Positions 1 through 13,391 of a stretch of 64,000 bases of DNA are shown here, in pieces (the first letter of the stretch is position 1; every line of letters begins with the position of its first letter). Origin of the DNA: Octopus vulgaris (Eukaryota); contig OX597824.1 in the NCBI GenBank assembly GCA_951406725.2, positions 57,970,001 through 58,034,000 on the forward strand, read 5' to 3'. The notes below the pieces were generated by a model. The model did not search any database, had not been told where the DNA came from, and was given only the letters and a program-made list of their open reading frames with translations. A program made the translations under genes and the position numbers.

Positions 1-81
1 AAGTAGCAATGAAACAACTGGGGTCGATGTAATCGACTGGTCTCCTCCAAAATTTCAGGCCATGTGCCTATACTACAAAGG

Positions 82-86
<5 letters not shown>
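1..86 (+). mobile_element. 3' end of a tRNA-derived SINE (Meta/MESC-like family, short-tail form)
   Basis: CTGGGGTCGATGTAATCGACT...AAAATTTCAGGCCATGTGCCTA matches the tails at 2840-2905, 13710-13780 and 40600-40670, and runs into (ATT)n. Confidence 0.7.
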
Positions 87-278
<192 letters not shown>

Positions 279-677
279 TAGGTGCAGGAGTGGCTGTGTG
301 GTAAGTAGCTTGCTAACCAACCACATGGTTCCGGGTTCAGTCCCACTGCGTGGCATCTTGGGCAAGTGTCTTCTGCTATAGCCCCAGGCCGACCAATGCC
401 TTGTGAGTGGATTTGGTAGACGGAAACTGAAAGAAGCCTGTGGCATATATGTATATGTATGTATGTGTGTGTCTGTGTTTGTCCCACTAGCATTGCTTGA
501 CAACCGATGCTGGTGTGTTTATGCCCCCGTTACTTAGCGGTTCGGCAAAAGAGACCGATATAATAAGTACAGGGCTTACAAAAGAATAAGTCCCGGGTTC
601 GAGTTGCTCGATTAAAGGCGGTGCTCCAGCATGGCCGCAGTCAAATGACTGAAACAAGTAAAAGAGTAAAGAGAGAG

Positions 678-680
<3 letters not shown>
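279..680 (+). mobile_element. Full-length tRNA-derived CORE-like SINE with a CR1/L2-type 3' tail
   Basis: A-box-like TGGCTGTGTGG, B-box-like GGTTCAGTCCC, CORE-like CTTGGGCAAGTGTCTT, an internal (TA/TG)n tract and tail GGCGGTGCTCCAGCATGGCCGCAGTCAAATGACTGAAAC. Many copies elsewhere in the window. Confidence 0.85.
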
Positions 681-745
<65 letters not shown>

Positions 746-862
746 CATTATTATTATTATTATAATTATTATTATTATTGTTATTATTATTATTATTATT
801 ATTATCGTTGTTGTTGTTGTTATCATCATTATTGAGTGAAAGGGCAATGCATGCCATCAAAT
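680..862. repeat. (ATT)n microsatellite ending in a ~30-bp terminal fragment of the 18327-18861 element family
   Basis: TTGAGTGAAAGGGCAATGCATGCCATCAAA (832-861) resembles TTGAGTGAGAGATCAGTGCATACCATCAAA at 18327. Confidence 0.7.
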
Positions 863-1384
863 CGATAGCAGTATTTCATTGGTATTTAGCTACAATAGCC
901 ATGGCTATGGTATGTTATATTTAGCAGTCTAATTAAGAGGTGAGTGTTTCTGGTTGTACGGAATATAAATGAGACATAACTAAGTTGAATTCACGTCTTT
1001 TTTTCTTATAGATAATTATATGTTCTATCAAATGTTTGTTACTCCGAAATTATTTTAGTGGAACGGGATATTCATAGATATACACATATTTACAATTGAC
1101 TTAAAATAATAGCTATGTATTATGAGTAATCAGTTAGGTTTACCACTGGAATTCAGGTTTGAACTGCAGCTGAAATTAGTTTTCCTTGAGCAGGTAAATA
1201 TAGATTAAAAATTGAAAGAGCAAAACGTTTGGCATCACTTGTAAAGGACATTTAGCTTAGATAGAGAATATAAAGAATATATTTAATCTACGTATAAACA
1301 TATGTACATAAGTACACAAACAAACACACACATGATTATATATATATTATGTATATATATATACACACACACTTATGCATATAG

Positions 1385-1479
<95 letters not shown>

Positions 1480-2120
1480 AGGAAAGGGAGAAAAAGATGT
1501 AGGTGTGTGTATTGTTTCTTGCATGTTTGTGCGTGAAAAAGAGGAACAATACGAAAAAGAAACAAAAAGTTAAACAAAGCAAAAATAAGCTGGGTAACAC
1601 TTGCGCCCTAAACTACAATAACACACGTTTGGCATAGTTTTAGGAAATTTGTTTGTAGAAATTTGGCATTGTTTAGAATTCCAGCAAATCAAAACCCTAT
1701 GAGAGGGGTAGGTGTAAATTACAGAATATTGTTTAAATACAATCAAAATATAATGATATAGATGTAGTTTTACATATTTCTATTCCTGCAGAAGAAGAAT
1801 ACAAGAAAAACACCTCTCATTGCGTGTAGCTTTGGCAAGGTAGAATTAATGAACTTGGCATCAGAGCTGATAACTTTACCAAACGAAGCAAGAAATCATT
1901 TCTTCACACGCAATTCTGTATTTCCTTGTAAACTGATCGTTTTGTCGTCTCGCGGAATTCCAGGCAATCTTCATCAAACCATTGTCTGACGTTTTTAATA
2001 TATTTCGTAATAAGTAACTTTCTTCTCCCTTTTAAGCTCTTGCTTGTCTCTGTACGTTGATAAATTCATACAAAACATTTCCCCACTGACAGATAGATAG
2101 ATAGATAGATAGATAGATAT

Positions 2121-2174
<54 letters not shown>

Positions 2175-2811
2175 TGATAGATAGTTAGATAGACGTTCAT
2201 TTATGTCTATGTATATATACGCGCGCGCGCGTGTATATTCATAAGCATATACACACACACAAAATAACCAAATTCTTTTATCTTCAAAGTCACAACAATG
2301 GTTGCTGTTAAAGTCAATTATATATTTATAAATATAGCGAAATCTATTCAAACAGCATACATTACTGGTGATTACCGAAGTATTAATATTCCACAGATGT
2401 TTAATTAATCATTATACATGTACGTTTAAAACAAATGGCATTTTAGAATCTGAATAAGTGTCAGGTTATAATAAAAGTGGAGGTGAATTTCACTTGGTTG
2501 CTTGAACTAGTGGAAATAGTAGCTAAATCACCTTCAGACTATATCTATTGCTTTTTACCAATTGGACTAAAACATTTGAAAAGGTTGGTACAAGATAAAC
2601 TATGACTAAAAATCGAAAGATGGACGACTATCTTAATATATAGGAAATGTACATGAGATTACGTAGTCATAGTGTATTTGAATAAACGATGGGATTGTCT
2701 TATCTGGAATGGGTTTTGGTTTTAGATATGACATTGAATCAAGTGGGATTTGTATTTAGCAACAACAACAACAAATACGTATATTAACTGTCAACTTTTT
2801 CTCTTGTTATT

Positions 2812-2905
2812 CTCGATAAATTAAGTACCTGTTGCATACTGGGGTCGATGCAATCGACTGCCCCACTCCCCCAAAATTTCGGGCCTTGTGCCGAGAGTAG
2901 AAAAT
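2812..2905 (+). mobile_element. 3' fragment of the Meta/MESC-like SINE
   Basis: TCGATAAATTAAGTACC...CTGGGGTCGATGCAATCGACT...GGGCCTTGTGCC, matching 13685-13780. Confidence 0.75.
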
Positions 2906-3128
2906 ATTCTTTTATTAACGGTATGGGTTCAGCTAACATCCATGTTGGTTTCTACAAGCGAGAGAGGTGTCACTCATGAACTGAGGAATCTGTTAAACAG
3001 ACTTTTAAGTTTGACTCCACATTCTTAGGGTTATAGCTCTGTGAATGAAACATTTCATTATTATAACATAATGTATTAGATTGTTTCAATGAGAAAATCG
3101 ACAGAACGCTGGGCAAAATACCGTACTA

Positions 3129-3308
3129 CGAGGGGGTGCTGAAAAGTTCCTGGCTTTGGGGAAAAGAAAATACAGAAGGATCGGTTAATTATGATCAGAT
3201 TCCCACACTTATTGCCGCAGTCATTCAATTTTTCTAAGCCCTGCAAAACGCTTCCAACTAGGCCTTTCAAGATACCCTTAAAGCCAGGAATCTTTCGGCA
3301 TCACCTCG
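3129..3308. mobile_element. Mariner-type MITE (~180 bp)
   Basis: Imperfect ~29-bp TIRs CGAGGGGGTGCTGAAAAGTTCCTGGCTTT / AAAGCCAGGAATCTTTCGGCATCACCTCG, flanked by TA on both sides. Confidence 0.85.
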
Positions 3309-3728
3309 TATATTTTCTCCTTTTTGTCGAGTTTTGAGTTCATATCTCACCGAAGATATTTTTGAGATTCATTTCTCTGGATAATATACAGTACCACTCA
3401 TATGCTGGGATCGACAGTATCGAATAAGCCCCTCACTCCTTAAAATTTCTGATTTTGAGGCAAAATTGGGAAGAACTATTATCTAAAGGTGCTTGTTTCT
3501 TCGTAAAGGACGCTGTATTGTAAACATGGCCATTGTGACACGGAAGGGAAGGATTGTTGTTGCTGTTGCTGTCGTTGCTGTTACTGCTTTTATTGTACCG
3601 ATGAAACACTTTCAAAATGTTTTCCTCATTAACACCATCTGTGGAACTAGAATATTATTAACTATTTTTGATTTAAAACCGGGCTGACTTTCAATTATTA
3701 ATTGCATGTATGCATATATTATAGAAGT

Positions 3729-3767
<39 letters not shown>

Positions 3768-4019
3768 CGCGAAAAAATTTAGTTGGTTTGTAGCGCCATC
3801 ATGTCTTGGCTGGTTGCAATATTTCATGTTAAGAGTCATTACATGCACAGGCAGGACCTGTCCGACGAATGCAACCTCGTTCATATGACAGCTGCAACAA
3901 GTATATTCACTGATATACTGTGTTTAAGTGTACGGAGCCAATTTATTGCTGACGTTTCATTATAAGCAGACTACCATATACATACAAACATGTATGTATG
4001 TATGTCATATATATATATA

Positions 4020-4050
<31 letters not shown>

Positions 4051-4051
4051 A

Positions 4052-4125
<74 letters not shown>

Positions 4126-4619
4126 GCATACATATATATATATCCGCGCGTTTATGTATGTGTGTATATACGTTTGTATGTATTCTGTGCAGGTATCTTT
4201 GAGTAGGCATATACGTGTATATCCTGTACGATTTGCAGATAGTTTTACTGACGGAGATACGAAAATATTTTAATTATACGTGTAGTTGTGTGTGTGTGCT
4301 CGCGCGCGTATATATTAGTACCTACATATATGCATATATGTGCGTATGTACACACATCCGTATATGTACGAATACATACACATATTTGTATGCATACACA
4401 TATACCTATATATCCCACACATTATAAATGAAATAAACAGATTAAGGTGATCGTTTAATTACACAACCTTTATTCGGGGTTTCTTCTCTTGGTCATGCCT
4501 TCCAGGTATAGGTTGATAAGGAAATCAAACAGACCAAATTTAAATTATCTTCCAAGAACAAAAATTCTTGTTTAATAGGAATAGGATTAATAGCTGTAAG
4601 AGAGAGAGAGAGAGGGTAA

Positions 4620-4686
<67 letters not shown>

Positions 4687-5399
4687 GCTCCAAATAAAGT
4701 GTGTGAAAAAAAGACACAAAGAGGGCAGGGAGTGAACTAAAATAGTTTTCTGCTTGAATCCTGTCGTTCAAAACCACATTTTGATAAAAAAAAAAAATTA
4801 AAAAAAATATGTATTAAAGTATATCAAAATTGGAATTTTTTAAAAATGTTTAAATCGTGTAAATTTTAAGGATCGATTTCCTTCAGTAAAAGCTACATAC
4901 TAATAATTAATCAATAAGCAACTTTATTCACTCAAGCATTTATGTTTTACTTTTTGATCTGCATTGTGCTTTTCTCACTTGATATCCCAACAGCAGTTAT
5001 TAAAAACATGTCACTGTTAGCACGAGGTTCCATAAATATGTAAGGAGCAGTTGGCTATCCTCCATGTCAGTACCTTACACGTCTTAAAATTCCAAGCAAC
5101 ATTCCTCTATAGAGGGTCGGAAATAAATTTTTAAACGAGTCATCAACAACCGCTCTCCATAATCGCAGAACCTGCATCGAATGATAGTCAAATCTGATGT
5201 TTCTGAACTCATCCAGAAGTTTCAGTGCTGTGTCTTTAATGCTTACCTAATTTTTACTGCATCAAACTTCAGGTCGAATAACTCAGTCCTCAAGTAATTT
5301 CCAACAGAATCAGCAGTGACTTCTGATTTTCATTTGGCAATATCGATCCTTTTGGGAATAATTATTATTTATAATAATTATTTTGGCTTGACAATCAAG

Positions 5400-5950
5400 G
5401 TATGTTTGACTATTACTACTCTGTAATTGGGCCAGCATTCTGCTCATCACATGACCTTAGTGACGAAGACACGGTGATAGTCACTCCGCTGTGTGATGAC
5501 GACATAGTTTCACGTACTATTATTGGAATTTAAAATATGCTGGATCTGTAAGTACATCCTTGTTGTCTTGCAATCGAATGATCATATGTATTGCAGGATT
5601 TTAGTTGAAGGAGACTATTAGAATAGTATTTGCCTGCATTATGCTGTCCTAGCATATCTGCCCAAATTTGGAAGATTCTGACCTCTCCTGCAATGAAGTC
5701 ACCCTGCAATGAAGACTTTAGTGGTGAAGACATTAGTTCGCAATTTTTTTCATTCTTCACGTCCATGTTGTACTGGTTTGGTCATACCTAGTATAGTGGC
5801 ACTGTTTATTATCATATATTTGATGTTGCCTATGTATATAAAGTTATTTGAATATTCTGACGCATTATTTAGTTTGTCTAATTTGATGGCAGGCCCAAAC
5901 ACTCGCAGCCTTCTTCGATGCAAAAGAAATTGTAGTTAGACAACGTTCTC
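5400..5950 (-). pseudogene. Possible heavily decayed non-LTR RT (RTE-like) C-terminal relic
   Basis: Broken minus-strand peptides (CLGLP, FIYIGNI, TKVFIA) resemble post-YADD RT motifs. Weak. Confidence 0.3.
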
Positions 5951-6254
5951 ACTTAGTTAGACGACCTCGAACAGATTTTCGTTATTATTTGAATACTGCA
6001 TAGCTGTTACTTTATCGCAAAACTATTTAGCGAAAACGTAGAAAAATAAATAATTAATGGCAAATATTTAAAACATTTACAAGTATGACCTCAGACGGGA
6101 ATCGAACCGCCATCTGTCTACAGTGTTGTATGTGCGTATGTGCCTATAAGCATGTGCATACATACATACATACATACATACATACATACATACATACATA
6201 CATACATACATACATGCACATGCACATGCTTATAGGCACATACACACATACAAC

Positions 6255-6285
<31 letters not shown>

Positions 6286-7392
6286 TGTATGTATGTATGT
6301 ATATCTGTATGTACGCACGACACACGGATGTATGTATATATATACACAAACATACATATATACATACAATCATATATTTCTGTTGCTACGCACACACACA
6401 CACACACAATGAATGAATGAAAGAAGAGAAAAGAAAGAGGAGAGTGGCAAGAAGTCAAGATTGTTATGACACAGATCTGTGAGGTTTAGAATTATCTACT
6501 GGCTCATCAAGTCACGCATGAACACACCATGTCTGTGTAGGATAGGCTGGCTGTACAATAATGTCAACTATAATATAGGGTAGCAGATAGTAAGGTGCAA
6601 AGGCCAAGCGACGTGTTTGTCATGGCTGGAGTCTTTATGTGGAAATGACAGTGAAATTAGTGTGTAGCCTATCTCTGTGAATGTGTGCGCGCGTGTGTAT
6701 GCGTGTGTGTATGCGTGAGTATGTGTACATATATACATATATATTCTCCAGGTTTTATATATTTATGTTTGTGTGTAGCTGTGTATTTTTTTATTATCTT
6801 ACTGATTTCAGTCATTGGACTGTGGCCATGCTAGATTTACTCTATCAAAGAAACAGTCGATTATATCGGCCTTAGCCGATATAATGATGGTCTGTTTTTT
6901 TTTTTGTGATACTTTATGAACCGTGGAAGTTTGAACGTGCAAGACGATTTTGTTTTGTGTATATGTATGTGTGTACAATGTGTGTGTGTGTGAGTGTGTT
7001 AGTATAGATAAATAGATATACATATATATATGCATGGTTGCATATATACATACACACACACACACACACACATATTCATGTGTATATACATGCGTGTGTA
7101 TTATAAGAAGACTGAGTCCAACAAAAGTCATTTTGTCTTGTTCGAGAACTTGTTTTGGATTGTCTCTAGCGCATTCTCGAACGAAACGACAGTGTGTCTT
7201 GTTGGGCTTGCCGGGAACAAATGCCATTAGGACATTCCGATAAGTAGATTGGTGGCTCTCCATGCAGACAATTCTACTCCCGCCGACTACCCACGCCATT
7301 ATTGTTGTGTGTTACCTCATATCATGATTATTAAGCAGCTCGAGTTAAAGAATTATTCGCGAGTACATGGACAGTATGTTACTGGGAAAAAA

Positions 7393-7853
7393 AATGGCGG
7401 ATTTGGTTGAAAGGTTAAAAGGTATTAAAATTCTTCCGATAAAGAACGTCAATTTAGTTAAAATCAACAGACGAGAAGTGTACTTCAGACCGGAATAAGC
7501 AGAAACTTGTATCTCCTTTCGGTGAAGTTTTACCTGATCCTAATGTGCTGAAATGAGATTGGACAAAAGATCTTCAGAAGTGTCCGAATTTTACGGATAA
7601 TGACGTTTATAACTACCTCGTGCTACGGATGAAGGCAAAGCGACAGTTAAGGAGTGGCATATTTTACCACATCCACAACATTGAATGTTACGATGTTACC
7701 GAAAACTACTCTCACAGCATTGTCCGCTGTCTGGTAATCCCGCCAATACCAACATCTAACAAAAAGAACAATCCTGATCACAGAATGTCAAAGGTCACTG
7801 GCAATGTGCATTCAGCTGATTGCAACTGCACTGCAGGGAAAGAGCCTATTTAA
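7393..7853 (+). pseudogene. Relic of a SWIM zinc-finger protein of the kind carried by DNA transposons
   Basis: AAAATGGCGG start context at 7393. The ORF at 7620-7853 ends ...VTGNVHSADCNCTAG, the CxCxAG first half of a SWIM finger; upstream frames are disrupted. Confidence 0.4.
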
Positions 7854-8399
7854 TTATTTTGACTTTTTTCCCTTGTATAATAAATTGAATTTTTCAGGGA
7901 TGTAAGTAAATAAATGTATAATTAAAAAAATAAATAATAAATGAATGAGACTTAATTTTGAATATTTTTCATCCCTATCATATTTATCAAATACGTATAT
8001 CTCTGAAGTCTATCTAATAAACGGATGGCAAGGGGTGATCTGTCGATAGTCCATTAGAATTGACGAAATGCTGGGAGCAAATCTGACTATTTGCAGTGTA
8101 AACAAAGTCTTTCCTCACAAGTCTCGATCTCTAAAGCCAAATACGACGAATAGCGACGTTTGCAGGGTATCTATGAAGTGAAATAATTTTGTCGTCTACA
8201 TTCTTCCCTCTATAATTGCTGCATATACAACAGTATTTGCGCGATTTCTTCGGAGACATCATATTAACTGGTTATACAGCCCGTGAGTCGGTAGTCCGCG
8301 GAAGTAGAAGCAAGTCACATACGCGAGAGTTCCAATCAGGGGCGGATAACTACCTTATCGGAATGGCCTATGGTATCGGCAGAAAAGACAGAAGGGACT

Positions 8400-8740
8400 G
8401 TATGCCTGTAGATCAGAGGTTGGGTTATGCTCGCTAGTTATTGAATGCCAATCAGTCAAATGACCCTTCTCTTGTTGTGGTCCAAAGTATCAGTGTATAT
8501 ATCCGCAGCATCTTCTAGATATGGGAGTATTACAGTATTGTAGGTCTTGCTTTGGCCTTGTAGAGTGTCAGTAGATATATTTTCTAGACCTTAAGAGAAA
8601 GCTGAGTCCTTGAGATGTGGTACTAGCTTTGTTAAAAATGTGCTCTCACCAAGGGAAATTCTCGGTGATAGTGAGTCCCGGTATTTAGAGCAAATGTGAG
8701 AGCTCCAGTTGGATACTGTTCGTGTTTAGCTAGGGACATG
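8400..8740 (-). pseudogene. Decayed CR1/Jockey-group LINE C-terminal fragment
   Basis: The minus strand reads LLTLYKAKARPT..(YSHI) and then QPL, resembling LxLYKAxVRPxMEYCSHIW. Confidence 0.55.
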
Positions 8741-8769
8741 GCGCGATTATAATGATTATAACATTCGAG

Positions 8770-9260
8770 GGCTTCAGCAAAGCGTTTGATAGCATCCAAC
8801 GTGAGGAAATGTTGAAGGTCCTTCGCGTGTATGCATTCCCGAGGAACTAGTTCATGCAAAGACCTACGAGAAAACCAGACATTGTGGCTTTCATCTGACG
8901 GAAAAACGGAATTCTCTCAAATATTAGCTGGGTACTGCAATGAGACGCGCTTGCACCTTACCTGTTTGCAAATGTATTGGATTATGCATTGCTGCAAGCT
9001 ATAGGCAACATTGACGATGACCTTGGTTCACCATTAGCCAGCAAAGATTGCAGAGAGTACCAGCAGTAACCATCACAGACTTAGATTTCATAGATGATTG
9101 AGCACTCATATCTAATGAAATAGATCTAGCTCAACAGCTGCTCAGTAGACAAGAAACATCAGCTACCAAAACTGGACAGCACACAAATGTCAAGAAAATC
9201 GAGTACATGTCTTTCAACCAATCAAGTGATGCTGAACTGTTTGCTTTGAGCGATATGCAA
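8770..9260 (+). pseudogene. Decayed RTE-clade reverse transcriptase fragment
   Basis: FSKAFDSI..EMLKVL, LQ*DALAPYLF, TDLDFIDD*ALIS and NVKKIEYM motifs with stops and frameshifts. Confidence 0.8.
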
Positions 9261-10376
9261 TTGTTTTGTTTGAATTCTTCGGAACAAATCATCGTCATTG
9301 GAAGACGTAATCTAGGAAAAAATTACACTATTCAATTTGTCCTTCAATTTCAAGACTGAAAAATGAGATTTTGCTGCAATTTCTGGCAAATGACCTCGCA
9401 GAGTTATCGTCACGGTTAGTCGGTAAGCTGGTTAATTGGTTGACATGTTAGTAGGCTGGTTCAGTGGCTGGTTGTCTGGCAGGCTGGTAGGTTGGCTGGT
9501 TGTTTGGTTGGTTGGTGACAAAGACAGATACATGAGCTGATGAATGAAAAGTATAGATGAATAAACAATATGTATGAATGAAGAAATGAAGGGTGTATAT
9601 CAATGAAAGTGTGTATATGAATGAAAGGGTATAGATGTATAAAAAGGTGTAGATGAAGAGATAAAAGAGTGGAGAGAGGTAAATGGATGGTAGAATGAAA
9701 TATTTGTTTTTCGAAAGATAATCATCTGAAATCGGTGTCTTGTTTTATTTCGGTCAAAATCAGCCAATAGGTATCGTAGTGGTTGGCTAAGCCGGGTGAG
9801 ATGGGTGGGAATTGGATAAAAGCTAACCATACCGACTAAAGCTGATACAATTCTCCGTCTATACATATGCGCACGCACGCACACACACACATTTATAAAC
9901 TAACTTTCACTACAGATGAAACAGGTAAGAATAAAAGTATTGTAACAAGTAGTAGTAGTAGTAGTGGTGATGGTAGTGGTGGTGAGGATGATGATAAAAG
10001 GGTGTAATGGATAGTTTATTGATTGAGAATAATGATAATGTGGCTTCAGTAACAGGCATTCAGCCGAGGGAAAAAGTTGTCAGCAGAATTTATAATACTC
10101 GGGATCATGTGTAAAAGACGATGAAACGAAAGATGGAACTGGCAGTGACCGAGTGGGGTTACACAGACACAGACACACACACACACACACAAGTGCGCGC
10201 GCGCGTGCACGCACTCAAATGTGTACTTGTGTGTGTGTTTGTTATGCTAAACACAACTTAAGGATCTTTTCCTTTTGATGGACGGAATTCAACACAATTT
10301 CTAGTTAACTAAACAATTTGAAACTTCGTATACCGGTAGAATGTGTCAAAAGAAAACATTATTTTCACTTATCTGA

Positions 10377-10422
<46 letters not shown>

Positions 10423-10446
10423 AAGTGTACTTGTGTATGTATCTGA

Positions 10447-10478
<32 letters not shown>

Positions 10479-10953
10479 ATGCCGCGTGCGTCTCCTCGTT
10501 TGTTTATCAATATCGATAACGCAGAAAATGATTTAAGCTCAAATGCTGGCAATTCATTGGCTAAAATTCGAAGAATTAAACTACGTTAAACTTACAAATT
10601 ACAAATTTATCAAAAAAGCCAAGTGAAAATAATGTTTTCTTTTGACACATTCTACCAGTATGTATGTATGTATGTGTGAGCGCGTGTGTGAAAGTCATTC
10701 CAACTTCATCAGGAGTTGTAGAGTCGAAGGAGAAAGTTGGCTATAAGAACGATATTCATCGAGCGAGCATGGAGGCAGATAAACAGTCAGATAAACAGAA
10801 GCTGGTGTATTTATTTGGTGAGTTGAGTATGCAATAGCATGGTGTGATGAAGCCTTATCGTTACAGTTGTTTCGAGTAATCGATGAACGGTATTGTAACC
10901 GTACAGATTTTGTAATGAAGTCCAATAACGCTAGTTTTTCTGCTTTATATATA

Positions 10954-11007
<54 letters not shown>

Positions 11008-11772
11008 ATATGTTTATGTGTGTTATGTGTGTGTGTGCGCGCGCTCGCGCGTGTGTGTTTGTGAAGGCATATGTATATGAATACGGACGGATATGAAATA
11101 TACTCTTGGCCAGTATGATTTTGACACATTGAAGCTTCGAAGTCAAAATGATTTTTCTCACGTTTCACAAACCGGGAAGTTAGAGGCAAGACGACAATTT
11201 TCATAGCAATTACCCTTTATAGTTCGGGAAATTCCGGAGATTTACTTTATTGTAATCGTAGCTTGATAACATCGAACCAGAGCCAAGAAATCAAACACAA
11301 ACGAAAATATATAGCAGAACTTTTCGTATTCATGATAACTCGCGGTTCATGTTGTTGATTTTCAAAAATATGACAAACATATATCTTAGAACAAATTTCC
11401 ATGTATTGAATGTAAGAAAGATACAATGGCAGAACGGAGTATAATTATTTAAAAATTTAGTAGCATAAAATTATCAGGACATACGCATATCGATATACCT
11501 ACCTAAGTCTAATGACGCCATTAGCATAAAAAGAAAGTTTTCCATATATAATCGTACATCTTTCTATTTCACTATAATTTTTCCTATATAATCTCACTGA
11601 CTGTCAAGCATTCTCTTTTCATTCTCTTTCTTTCTCTCTCTTCCGCACTATCTTGTGTTCTAGAATAATTTTAATCACCAGCGCACACGTAATTAACTTA
11701 TGTCATATTGAAGCAAAGAATCATTTTGATAAATACAACCGTAATGTATACGCGCTCGCGCACACAACACAT

Positions 11773-11876
<104 letters not shown>

Positions 11877-12389
11877 GCTGATAATACATTGGAAGTTTCT
11901 CCAAGTAAAATTTTCCACACAATTTGAAAAGCGTTACGTAGCGAAACTTCGAAGTTGAAGTGATTTTTAAAAGACATATTCAACTCTTTTCCAAGTATTG
12001 ATTTACCGTAGTTTCTTTTCTGTTTTAAATGTATTTCTGTGTATATATGTGCACACGCACATATACACAGGGAGAGAGAGAGGGGGGGAGAAGAGAGAAA
12101 GCGAGAGAGGAAGAGGGAACGAGAGAGAAACAGATGAGTCAAAGAAGGCATAAAAAATAGTTTTATTCTCTTGTTTTTTGTTGTCTTTTCTTTTTTTTTT
12201 TTTTGCTTTTGAAGAGGTATATGTCACGCCATAGTGACTCCAGCAGGCGAACTACAAGGTCACCTTACCTGGATTCGATTACACGTCTCTAGTGATGTCA
12301 AAAAATAGAAATAAATAAATAAATGAAAACCTTTCAAATGTATTCGTTGTTACAAGGTGTATATGTGACGGAGACGGGGAGGGAGTGTC

Positions 12390-12444
12390 ATGCCAGTGCC
12401 ATCATTACAAGACATACACCGTTTGTCAATGCCAGGATCACAAA
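12390..12444 (+). CDS. Candidate first coding exon of a host gene (MPVPSLQDIHRLSMPGSQ, phase 1)
   Basis: ATG at 12390 and 55 nt to GTAAAA; the phase matches the 13888 exon. The donor is weak. Confidence 0.35.
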
Positions 12445-13391
12445 GTAAAAGAATAAGATAATGAATAGATGAATGAATAAAAAGCGAAAAAAAACCCCAA
12501 AACTGAAAAAATGGACTCGACATATAGAGTGAATGAATGACTGAGAGAGAGAATGAATATGGATGAAGTACACTCGCACCCCTTCCTCTCTCTCACTCGC
12601 GCGCACATACATACACACGAAACACACACGCACACACACACAGTTTTTGCGGTTGTGCATGGTGCGTGTGGTTATGTGTGTGTTTTACTACACCTTAACT
12701 TTCTAATAATATTTCTTTTACCTTATAAATTGTTTGTCTTTATTCTTTTCCTAACTTATAGTGATTTCATGCTACATTCACTTTCCTTGTGCTGGTAAAA
12801 TTCCAAGTAAAGACAGGAATAACGCAGACTTCCCTTGCTTTCCTTCCATTATTTAACACATTCTTTGTACTGCGTGTAAAACAAACAATATTTAGAAGTA
12901 TTTTTGTAGGACCCCACGGAACAAGAGATGCACTTCTGTTGTTTGTAACAGGAGCAGTGACTATGGAGCAATAGACGAGATTATTGTTAATTCTGACAGA
13001 AAGGGTGGCCATGTATAGATTATGTATTTGTTGTTTAACTCCAGGAGTATCATCATCGAAAAAATATGATCGAAAAGCTTCCAACTAAGACCATCCCATT
13101 TCTTGCTTACATATATTGTATTCAGGTCTACATTATTCAGTGGGGACCATCATTTTAAGACTTTAAAAGAATGCTTTGGGTAGCGTTTTGCTGGTATTTC
13201 TGGCAGTGATAACGATCGCGTAAGACAACATATATTATAGTGAATGCTACGGTACGAAGAGTAACATACATATAAATTAATACTGCTACGGAGTTTACGC
13301 TATTTAGCTTTAATTTACTTTTACTTACAATCTGAAAGTCCTACCTTTCAGAAGTGACACGTAAATCACAATATTTTATTTCTTATCCCAC

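Noticed and set aside
279-350. tRNA genes at SINE heads (also 13392 and 61047) and a B-box at ~6097-6107
   Set aside because: No complete cloverleaf; the heads continue into SINE bodies.
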